DNA of 32,000 bases, from NCBI GenBank assembly GCA_964640155.1, contig CAZXEQ010000001.1, positions 60,001 through 92,000 on the forward strand. The letters run 5' to 3'. This DNA comes from an uncultured bacterium. GTDB taxonomy: Bacteria; Auribacterota; JACPWU01. Below are positions 18,703-29,300 of the stretch, piece by piece. The position numbers and the translations under genes are program-made. Position 1 is the stretch's first letter, and each line of letters opens with the position of its first letter. The notes below the pieces were generated by a model that worked only from the letters and a program-made list of their open reading frames with translations, searched no databases and was not told the origin of the DNA.

Positions 18703-18806
18703 AGGGCAAGATGATAAACCAAATTCAAAGGTTTTGCATGGGAAAAATCAGATTTTGATGTAGAAAAATCTAAACTCTTCATTTATAAATTTAATGATGA
18801 GGGTGA

Positions 18807-18967
18807 CCAACGAACTTGAATCATGAGCAATCGCGCTCAAGTGAAAGCAACGAAAAAAAAGGCACCCTTCTTATTAATTACCTTATGATTCAACAACCGG
18901 AGCATACTCAACCTCTTCACGGTCGCTGGAATGCGAACGAGAGAAGAGAGCGAATGATGTTCGTTGG
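18807..18967 (+). ncRNA. Candidate structured RNA / regulatory element in the gltX-AKR divergent spacer
   Basis: Two directly stacked helices. The outer one is 9 bp: CCAACGAAC 18807-18815 with GTTCGTTGG 18959-18967. The inner one is 12 bp: TTGAATCATGAG 18816-18827 with CTTATGATTCAA 18882-18893. The inner helix includes a G18825/T18884 wobble that is valid only on the + strand. A smaller helix pairs CTCTTC 18913-18918 with GAAGAG 18943-18948 in the 3' insert. No family recognised. Confidence 0.3.
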
Positions 18968-19017
18968 GCAGAACCCTCTTTTCTATCTTAATACTTTATT
19001 TTATAAGCTAATTTTCA

Positions 19018-19046
19018 TTGACACACCTATCTAGAAATTCTACTCT
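19018..19046 (+). promoter_or_regulatory. Probable sigma70 promoter for the aldo/keto reductase gene
   Basis: A perfect -35 TTGACA (19018-19023), a 17-nt spacer, then -10 TACTCT (19041-19046, keeping the TAnnnT core). The ATG at 19058 is only 11 nt past the -10 and has no SD. Confidence 0.4.
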
Positions 19047-19057
19047 ACCCTTCATCT

Positions 19058-20080
19058 ATGAAACTTAGAACATTCGCAAACACATCCTTAAAAGTCTCCG
19101 AAGTTGGTTTTGGAGTTTGGACGGTTGGAACCACCTGGTGGGGAATCAAAGATGAAATTTTTGGTATTCAACTCCTTCAAAAAGCCTTCGATCTTGGAAT
19201 CAATTTTTTTGATACCGCAGATACCTATGGCAATGGGTATGGCGAAACCATTTTAGCCAAAGCCCTTAAAAGCAAGCGTGACAAACTTGTTATCGCTACT
19301 AAATTTGGCTATGACATTTACAGTCCTCCACCTGAAAAACGAGGACATCAAGAACTACCTCAAAAATGGGATGCTGAGCATATTCGCTTTGCCTGTGAAC
19401 AAAGTCTTAAACGTCTTGAAACAGATGTTATCGACCTTTATCAACTTCACAATCCCAGAATTGATACTTTAAAAAAAGACGAAATATTTAATACTTTAGA
19501 ATCTCTAAAAAAAGAGGGAAAAATCAGATCCTATGGAGTCGCGTTGGGACCGGCTATCGCAGAAAGACAAATTGAAGAAAGTCTTTATTCTATTCAAATC
19601 CGCAAAGTTCATGGAACTCAAATCATCTACAATCTTCTTGAACAAATGATTGGAGAAAAGATTTTTTCAGCAGCCCGCGCAGAAAACTCAAGTGTCCTTG
19701 TCCGTGTCCCCCATGCATCAGGTCTGTTAGAAGGCGTATACACACAAGATACCACCTTCACGGAAAATGATCATCGCTTTCATCGCATCTCAACAGATGA
19801 GAAGAAAAAATTGTGGCTTGATGATGGTCTCAAAAAAGTGGAACAGCTTCAATGGCTTGTAAATGATAAACGTACTTTGGGACAAATGGCCATTCAATTT
19901 ATTTTATCAGAGCCTTCTATTGCTTGCGTATTTCCTAATATTTATGATTTGAAACAATTAGAAGAATTCGCAAAAGCTCCAGATACTCCCACACTCACTC
20001 AAAATGAAATTTCTAAAATCCAATCACTTTACAAAAGCAACTTTGGCCTACAAGCACCTCAACCTGCTGTTAAAGCATAA
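19058..20080 (+). CDS. Aldo/keto reductase family oxidoreductase
   Basis: 340 aa with [22 protein letters not shown] (catalytic D/Y region), ATKFGY (catalytic K) and YQLHNP (catalytic H). Confidence 0.9.
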   Translation: MKLRTFANTSLKVSEVGFGVWTVGTTWWGIKDEIFGIQLLQKAFDLGINFFDTADTYGNGYGETILAKALKSKRDKLVIATKFGYDIYSPPPEKRGHQELPQKWDAEHIRFACEQSLKRLETDVIDLYQLHNPRIDTLKKDEIFNTLESLKKEGKIRSYGVALGPAIAERQIEESLYSIQIRKVHGTQIIYNLLEQMIGEKIFSAARAENSSVLVRVPHASGLLEGVYTQDTTFTENDHRFHRISTDEKKKLWLDDGLKKVEQLQWLVNDKRTLGQMAIQFILSEPSIACVFPNIYDLKQLEEFAKAPDTPTLTQNEISKIQSLYKSNFGLQAPQPAVKA

Positions 20081-20086
20081 GTTCTA

Positions 20087-20296
20087 ATGAAACCTTGCTG
20101 CGGAAAAGAAATCAAACGTTCTATCAAGAAACATCGGGATGTAGCTACCTGCGATCAATGTAAGTCCCTCATTTTGGCTTACGGAGATGAAGCAGACTTT
20201 CAAAAAATGCTTCAGGGATTGGAAAAAAGCAAAATCTCTTTTGAAACTGGAGTTTCTGGCAAGTTAAAAATTGTTATCAAGCATTTAGTTAAATAA
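20087..20296 (+). CDS. Small hypothetical protein (69 aa) with CC...CxxC cysteines
   Basis: The ORF starts 6 nt after the AKR stop. Cys residues lie at positions 4, 5, 22 and 25 (CDQC), so metal binding is possible. No strong SD and no family recognised. Confidence 0.45.
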   Translation: MKPCCGKEIKRSIKKHRDVATCDQCKSLILAYGDEADFQKMLQGLEKSKISFETGVSGKLKIVIKHLVK

Positions 20297-20307
20297 ACAA
20301 AAATGAA

Positions 20308-23300
20308 TCAAGCTGCAGCATTAAAAGACTCCGATCTTTCTACAATCACTTGTTTTCTTTGAACATTGGGCAACTCTCTCAGCGACTTTTGCCCTCTATC
20401 AATCTGTCTTTTCCTTGAACGTCGTATTTGTGTACCAACAGCTTCTTCTCTTTCTCCCAATTCACGAGCAATACGATTGACCCATCCTTGAAAAATCTCC
20501 TCTTCGAAAGGTTTTTCCTCTTCACTCATTTGATCGAGGCTCTCAGCAATTCTCATAATCGCTAATTCTAATTTTCCTTCTCGGAAAAGTTTTTCCACTT
20601 CGGCTTCTAAAGTCACTGTTGCTAAATCCTGTTGCTGTTGCCTTTGTCTTAGTGCTACCAAGCCAAAAACAATGGTTAAAGCTGGAGGTAGAATCATTCT
20701 TCTTGGCGCACCGCTATCAGACACTGTAAGACGAATATCTGGCGCATTATAATACCTGGTTCCGATTGAGTTATCTCCTGTAGAAGAAGCCTCTACGGCT
20801 CCTGGAACAGAAGGCAAAGCTAAAAGCCCTATCACTCTTTCATAAAGACTACCTGTCCATCGTCGGACCTCTAAGACTTCACCCCTCTCATCCCTAACAT
20901 TTGGATGTAGAGAAATAGCATCTCTTAAGGCCACCAATGCTATTAAAAAATCTCTTCGAACAATCACCTGATTCCCTGATAACTGTACATCCTCTAAATC
21001 CAGACTGTCAGAGAAAACCAAGCGTCCCTCACGATAAAGGGTCAATATTTGAGTTTTTCTTTCAGGGGAAAGATAACGCCCCCAAAATTCTATTAAATAA
21101 TGATCTACAACATCGATATGAGAAGGTTCTGAAGCCTGATACTCAGAACTAGAAATATAAAAATCGCCGGCTCTCCAATGTGCAATTCGCTGCTGACGCG
21201 CAACATCAGCCACCCCTTGCAACCTCTCTCTTGTAATGATGTCTGATGACAATTGAATAAATCTTAAAATTTCATAAGGTTTTAAAGCCAAATAATTTGC
21301 AACTTGTACTCTTTGTTCTATTTGTTCATACGTTTCTTGGAATGTTGAGTTAGATGGAAAAGTACATTGCCCAAACAAAAGCCTAATAGGCTCTAAAAGT
21401 ACATTTAACTCTCTTTGCGTTCTGTCTCTAACCTTTTGTATTTGATCTGCAGGTAAGTCCTGTCCCAAATCCAAAAAGGTTCTCTCCTCTTCAATAACCT
21501 GTCTTGCAGTTTGAAGCAAAGCTGTAAAAACACGTTCAATCGGTCGATGACCCAAGACCTCTTGTTGACCACTATTTTGATCGAAAGGAGCTCTTTCGGA
21601 ATAAATCCTTTGAAGATTCATTCTCGAAAAAGCTATTTCAGGAGTGATAAGCTCACTTACATCTCCTTTCCCCCTAACAAAACTAGCTTCGGAAACAATC
21701 ATTTCACTCAGAGCAATCATAATATCTGTTTCACCAATGCCCATTTGACGTAACGCTTGAAGATAATTTTCTGTATCAAAACCCTGAGCAGGAATAATCT
21801 CTAAAGCAATCGGCATAAGGATTGCTAGAAGCTCAGCTCTTGTTTCCAGAAAATCCTGCCAATGCAAAATGAGATAAATAGAAAACACCCGAAAAGCGTT
21901 TTCTTGACCCAAAATCTGACGGATTTCTTGAGGTGTTTTTTCTCCCAAATCTCCAAAAACTTGGTCAAAAACATAATTTCTAAAATGAAAAGAACCATAC
22001 AAACTTGCAGAAACAAAAATTTGAAGCTTAAGGTTCACCGATAAACTTGGAAAAATTTCTTGAATGATTCTTTCCAATCTTTCTCTTGTTGCTGCATCTA
22101 AAGAAAGGTTTAGAGCCTGCGATATTAATGAAATATAAAAAGCCTTTTCATTATCACTAAGACTACCTCTTCGAATAGACACTTCTGCCTCCGTTAAGAT
22201 TTGAGTAACAGCTTCTTGTGATGCAAACCCTCCTAATCCCATAGCTAGATTTAAAAGATTTTGAGCAGCTGAGCGATAATAACTATCGTGATAGCTCACG
22301 GGTGTATACGGAATATCTATATTGCAAAGTCGAACGGGATGATACCGACGTTGATAACGCTGAAAAAGAGCTCTTATTTGTGTTAAATCTCCAGAGGCAA
22401 TCACTCTGCGGGCATGAAACAGCTCAATATTACTCAAACCTGTCGAGATCTCACCGAATTCACGCATCACTGTCTGAGGGTCGTCAGAACGAGCAGCCCA
22501 TATACCCGGCAAAGTTATTTGTCTTACAGGATGATTCTGTAAATATTCTAAAAATCTTTCCCCCACTTCATAAAAATTGTCACTGGGGATAGCGGCTTGA
22601 TGATATAGTCCAAACACTTTTAAAAGAAAATCCAATTCAGAAGAAGCCCCATGATCCCTTAATTCCTGATCAATATTTCTAAAATCAGGGTCCATTGCTA
22701 AAATATCCTCAGCAATCATCACCGATAGAACTGGGATCAGCACGCTTTCAACAGCATCAACTACTCCTGCCCTGTAAAAAAAATTTTGATAAAAAGCCAA
22801 TGCCTCTATAATATTTTGAGGTCTTAGATTTCTGCGCTCTTCTCGAACGAGATCTACCACAAAAGACCGTGCAGCTACTTTAGCTTCTTCTGAAATCGGA
22901 GCTCTATTTACCTCAAATAAAAAACTCTGAAAACGACTCATTTGAACTCTTAAATTATCCCCTTGTCCAGAATCTGTTCGTCGAGACATAGACAGAAAAA
23001 TCCTTCGAGTATCATCAAAATATCTCTGCCGTTTTTGAGGATCCGCCAAAAGCCTCATAGGTAACCGCATCAAATCACCTTCAAGACTATCCCTTCGCAT
23101 CACTGCAAGAAGCCGCTCTTGAATAGGAATATCAGTTAATGGACCATTCACTTGTTGTTGAATCACTTGAACACGTGGCCTTCCCATCAAAGGGCGAACA
23201 TGTTGATTCATAAATAAAACCCAAGGGTCGTTGGTCGTAACCACTCCATTCAATTGAAGATAATTGAGAAAACTTCCATTGAATCCAATAATGCTTTGTC

Positions 23301-26300
23301 GTGGTTCATCTGGTGTATATCCACGGTCTGGAGTGAAGGATGGGTTACGACGATGCCATTCCTGCGCAATCACTTCATTACTTCCCCAAATTAAAAGCCC
23401 TAAACCTTGTCGGAGTTGTTCTGCATGAGGTGAGGCTGGAACACGAGCAGGATCCGCAAAAACATAATACCAATCATCAGGATACTGAGCTTGCAATCGA
23501 ATAAGTTCTTGAAAAAAATAGCGCTGCCGAGAAAAAAAATTTAAGAAGCTGCCCATCATCCGAAGCTCCTCCGAAGTAAAAGAAGATAAATCTCCAAAAT
23601 GAAGCGGAGCATAAATGTTATTTAAATATTCTGCCGTAATTATTGCTGGAGTAGGATCATAATTACCTCCATACCCTCCTCTGGATCTCGCCCTAGCTAC
23701 CTGTGCTTGATATTGAGCTTGAGGACTATCTTCTCTTCTCCAGCGATCTTCTATCCCCTCTAGTTGAATCCACAAAGTAGACCTTTGAACAGGTGTCAAT
23801 CCTTGTGAAAATTGATCAAATGCCGTGTTTGCAATTTCTTGGTTTAAACCCCAGCGTCTGCTTTCTCGAATCAAATAAGCTCTAAACGCATCTCCATTTC
23901 CAACATCCACGACTTTTCCATCCGCAAGCTTTTGAGCTGCCATCAAAGCCACACGTCCAAACAAGTCATGAATCATTCTTTCATTTTCTTCTCCCAAAGC
24001 GCCAATATCAGTTAAAAGACCTAAAGCAACATCATTGACCATTTGAAACATATCCTCTATAAGTCGAAAATCAATGGTTCTATCTACATTTTCATAAGCT
24101 CCCACAGCTCTTGAAGCAATTTCCAGTTTCTGAGATATATAAATATCTGTTCTTCTCAACAAAGTCCTCAAAGAATAGATTTGCCTTAAATCTTCTGGAT
24201 AATCTGAATCTGAATAAAGAGGGGCTTGGTTAGAAGATTCATTCGATTGCCCTGCTGTTCTATCTGGCCTGGCGGCTTGGTCTCTTTCGTGATGTTGTCG
24301 AATTACACTTTCCTGAAAAACTTGTAAGCGTCGATCTCCTTGTCGAACAAATGTGGTAGGATCCCTGTTCACCCATCCGCGCCCTCCTCTAGGATTCATG
24401 GTTTGACAAATAGCATGAAGCTCTGAAATATCAATCCAGCGACTGCTATTCACATCAATTGCCCCATGAACAAGTCGGGCTGGAATTCCTACATATCTTA
24501 AAAGAAGCATTTCATACATCGCTAAAACAGCACAAGCAGCTTTGATCTTCTTCCTGCGCCTAAAAGATTCTTCTTCAAACCCATGATCCAACCAATGTTC
24601 AGGAGGAACTGCAAACATTCGTGCAGCATCTTCATCCAACCCATATTCAAATCGATCTTGCATAATTTGCTCTACACCTGTGAGTCGAAGGTCATAATCG
24701 TCCAACATTCTCAAAGCATCGAGCCGAGCTCTTAAGGTCGGAGGAATGTTTCTTTCACTCTCAGGAAGTTGTGTATAGTGGGCTATAAATTCTGATGAAG
24801 GGGTAAAAGGTACCGGTTGAAACTCATCGAGATGATAAGAAACAATATTATATCCTACGGGAAGATGAAAACCTTGTAAACGCAAAGTAGCATCTCCGTA
24901 AGAATTTGGCACGAGATTAAATCCTTCTGTTCGACCATTGACACGAATACTTGAAGGGTCAACACGAGAATGAGATGTTCTAAAAAGGCTTATTTCTGAG
25001 CCCTGAAAATACATAGTCACTGTCACTCCCTCACCCATTCTTGTTTCAGATAAGGGAGCATCTGGGAAATCAAGTACTTCCTGAACAACTGCTCCATTAG
25101 AATGAACACTCGAATAAGTCCCCAAAGAATAAAATCCTCCGCCTCGACTCAATTGAGCCAACCAGACGCCTCTCTCACGCAAACGTCCATTTTCAAAAGC
25201 ACTGTCCGGTTCTGACAATGTATTAGGTCTAAATTCTCTCATTCCAGAAAGCGTTTGAAGATAACGCGCCCCTCTTTCCACATTATGAAAAAATAAAGAA
25301 GCTCTTCTAGAAACTCCAGCCATCATCTCTAATCTTCTAAAACCTCTCACAAAAGAAGGAACCCAAAAAAGTGTTTGGGCTGGAACTGTTTCTACGGTTT
25401 GACGAAGACGAACGCTTGACTGAGCAACAGATGCAGCTTGATCTCTGATCACATGAACAATGGTTTCAGAATGAAGTCCAAAACTTGAAAATACGATATA
25501 TAAAACAATCCCCCATCTTAATATCCTAAAAATAAGCCTTTCTTTTAAAGAAGTTAAAAAGCTAACCCAAGGTCTGGCTACAGTTGTTTTAGATTCTTTA
25601 ATTTCAAATTTTTCTAAGATTGCTTTTTCTTCAGTCTGTACAGGAGGCGCTTTTAAGGTTTCCAATGTCTTTTGACTTTGATCTAACAGAACTTTGTGAA
25701 TTTTGGTTTCAAGATCTTCTAATTCTCCAATAACATCTCTTGATCGGTAAGATTCTAATCTTTCAATTTTCTTCTTTCTTTGATTCATTTGTCCTACTTT
25801 TTCTTTCAATTGATCTAGCTCTTCTGCCAACCTTCTTTCCTCCAAAGCATCACGCTCAATTGAAAAAGAATTGCTTCTAATTTTTTCAAGTAGGTTTTTT
25901 TTCAGTTCTTCTGCGCTTCCTTCACCCTCAATTAATCCTTCTGCATTTTCTTCAATTCCAATCAACCTTTGATATTTCTGATGTAATTGAACATTTTCTC
26001 TTTCCTTACGAGCAATATCCACCCGTATCTTTTCTAAATCCCCCTCTAGTTTTTTTTGCTTCAATAACAGGTCTTCGACTCTTGCCTCTCCGAATATATT
26101 TTGCAGCTCTTCTTTTAATCGAATTATTTCTCCTTCAAAACGCCAAGGAGGTGCATCTCTTGGCGTTTGAGTCATGGTAACTTCTGAAGTAGGAAGCAGA
26201 CTTTGAATATGTTCAGTCCTTCGATAGATTCGATCATTTCGAAGCGTTCCTTTCTCCTTCTCTCTCAAACGTAATTCCAGTACATCTGCGAGAAAAATTC

Positions 26301-29300
26301 CTGCTTCCTTTTGAGTTTCAGGATTTAAAGTTGGGAAAATCTCTACTAATTCTTGAGCAATTAAAATTAAAGGAACAACTTCAACCTCACCATTTTCATA
26401 AATACGCTGCATATCATATCCATTCACAACAACTCTTATGAGTGGAGATTCTTTTTGAGAATCAATAATTTTAAGTCCCTTGGCCAAAAGCTTTCTTAAA
26501 CTAAACGTAAGAAGCGAATCCTCAACTTGTTTTGATTGAGTCTTTTCTTCAAATGCAATTCCATGTTCTTGAGGTCCCGTTCGAAGAAGAGCTATCAGAA
26601 ACTCTAGAGTCTGTTCTTCCAAAGTTTCTCCCTGTACATCCTTTCGAGACAGGCCAAATGTTTTTTCTCCAGAAACGTTTTTGGGAAAAGCAAATTGAAG
26701 AAAATTTTTCAAATCAAGAGGAACGGTATAAATCTCATAAATAGAAGAGCTTTTTTTTCCTTCAGCAATATCATAAGCCTCTTGAATGGTTCTTTCCGCT
26801 TGATGATAGCGAGAACGCCCCTTAATAACATGCCGACTTCCTAGCGAAATAAATTCAAATACAACTCCGGGAAAATCATTTGTTATTCGAATATCTATAG
26901 ATTCTATACCTGCAACACTGATCTGATAGTGGATCAAGAAATAAGCCAGACGCAAGGACTGTAAATATTGATCCAAAGCCTGAATCTTTTTGAACAGGTC
27001 ATTTTTAGTCTTATCATTCGCGCTTATTGACAAATTCTGAAGTTTTTTTCGAATTATTAAGATTTTTAAGATTTCAGAAGGATAATCAATATTCTGAGCA
27101 GTTAAACTTCTGGCCCCCTCTTTTAGAAAAATAGAATCAACACCTATTTCATCTAATGAAATTTTTTCTTTCGTGGCACTTTTATACGAAATTAATAAAT
27201 TCTCTGAAGAACTCTGTCCGTCTTCAGAATCATCATCTAAAACAACTCTTTCTCGAAGAAAAACAGCCTCAGTCGATTTTAGATTTGACGACTTGCCTCT
27301 GACAACTTGAGCTACCTGCCCCTTCTGATTTCGTTTCAAGAAAAAAATATTCTTTCCCTCCCATACATCTAAAGGATTTCGTGAAATCTTCGGACTGACA
27401 ATCACAGCGGGGGAAAACAGATTATAGGAGGCTAAAAATGATACCAACTGTTCTTCTTGAGCTGTCAGCGCGCTTAAACTTTCAAAAGGATTTAAGGATA
27501 TTTCTGTTTGATCCTCAGAAATAGGCACAGATAATGTTTTTTCCTCTTCTATTTCTAAAGCTCTTTGTCTTCTTAGATTTTTAAATTTTACAAAGAGAGT
27601 TTTTCCTGTTTTTTTAAGAGTTGACCCAACCCATTTAAAAATAACAAAAACATTAAATAGAACAAAGGGAGCAATCAATAAAGTTAAAAAAGGCAAACCT
27701 AAATAGATAGAAAGAAGAGAAGCAGCATTTAAAACAATATAAAAATCTACAGCAAAACCAACCATCTTTTGTACTTTTTTAGGCAATTTTCGATAAAGGG
27801 GTGTTAAAAAAAATTCAGAAGCAATTCCCAGAAGAACAAGGGTTAATGCAGCACTCATTGTAAAATGAGCTCCGATGAGGCAAATAAAAACAACAAAAGG
27901 AAGAACAAGATAATACAAAAGCGTTTGGCTAACTCTACCTAAAATATGAAAGGCTCGACGCAAAAATCCTTTTTTTACCTCTTCCTTCTCAGTCTTCTTA
28001 AAATACCACCGACCAAATTTGACAATACCTGACTCTTCACCCCAGCGTCTGGCCACAGCTGCCACAACTAAACGCCCTGCTGTTTTCATATTTGGATTAA
28101 ATCGATCCCATTGCAAGGTGCAGTTTTTATGTTTAGAAATGACTTCCACCAAAATTCTTCCTTCTTTATCATCTAAATCTCTTAGTATATCCCTATGTTT
28201 CTTAAACCATCGATTGACGATTTGATGTACTGTTTTTTGATCGGCCTTACTTAAAACATCGATCAATTCTTTAAGCAATGGCTTTAATATATGCCCTTCA
28301 TCCAATTCCAACTGCTCATGAATTTCTCGCTCCATCGCACTCACTGGAGAAAGCATTTTTTTGATAGGATCAGAACTCGGTCGTAGCAAAAGTCTATCTT
28401 TGGAGAACTCTTCCCCATGAATCTCATCCCATTGTGTTTTCATCACAAAGTCGTAACGTTTAAATCCCAACTCCCCACGAATTTCAGGCGTACAAGCAAT
28501 ATAAGAAATCTTTTTCTTCTCCAAAATTTTCTGAATACCCTCGGTATGAAAACCTCCGGTGATCAACACAGTCACCGGTCCCCTGTCTCCAGTCTCCAGC
28601 AAATCACTATTTTGGGTTTTCTGACTAGGAACTCGCGACTGACGACTGGTGACCATTAACGCTTTTTCAGCCATCACTTCATCACGTTTCAGAGCAAACT
28701 CATAAAATTTTAGAGCTTCTCTCATGCAATCATCAAATTGATGAATTATTTGAGAATTCTCTAGATTTAAATCTTGTACATTATATTTTTGAGATAAAGC
28801 CTGCATCGTTATTGCTCTTGATTGCGTATTTTTAAATCCTTTTAATCCAGTTGTTTCTAACTCTCTTCGCGTCAACTCCAAACGAATTAATTTCTTAAAA
28901 ATCTTCCATGTTTCATCAAAATCAGCAATGTCTTCTACTTTCTCCAATCTTGCCTGTTCATAAAGAAATCCTTGAACAAAAGATATTAATTCATTCCACA
29001 AAACATCAAAATCAAACTTCTTCTCTTTTTGGCTAATGCTAAGCCACGTTTGTAATTGAGGATATTCCTTCTGGAATAAATCTTTTTGAACACTATTTTC
29101 TTTTTCATAATTCTGTTTTAATTGAGCCAAGTATTCATCTGCCTTAATATGACCTAATCGATATTCCAATGTTATTTTCACAATTTCTTTGAATGCATTA
29201 GGCGATAATCTTGTCTGAAGATCTTTGATAAGTTGATCTAATTGTGTTTGTGCCTCCTTAGAATCAAATGCATTGGTTTCCTGAAAAAAAGTCAGAAAAT

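Noticed and set aside
18703-19017. A T-box leader upstream of gltX on the minus strand, suggested by AAGAAGGGUGCCUUUUUUUU, which vaguely resembles the T-box GGGUGG core plus a U-run.
   Set aside because: No GGUGGUACCGCG-type T-box sequence is present, and no complementary terminator or antiterminator stem precedes the U-run. I could not identify a specifier-loop or stem I architecture.
18816-19034. A 72-aa TTG-initiated ORF in the gltX/AKR spacer.
   Set aside because: It has no SD. Its first 12 nt form one arm of the 12-bp helix, and its 3' end runs through the AKR promoter. The translation has no recognisable features.
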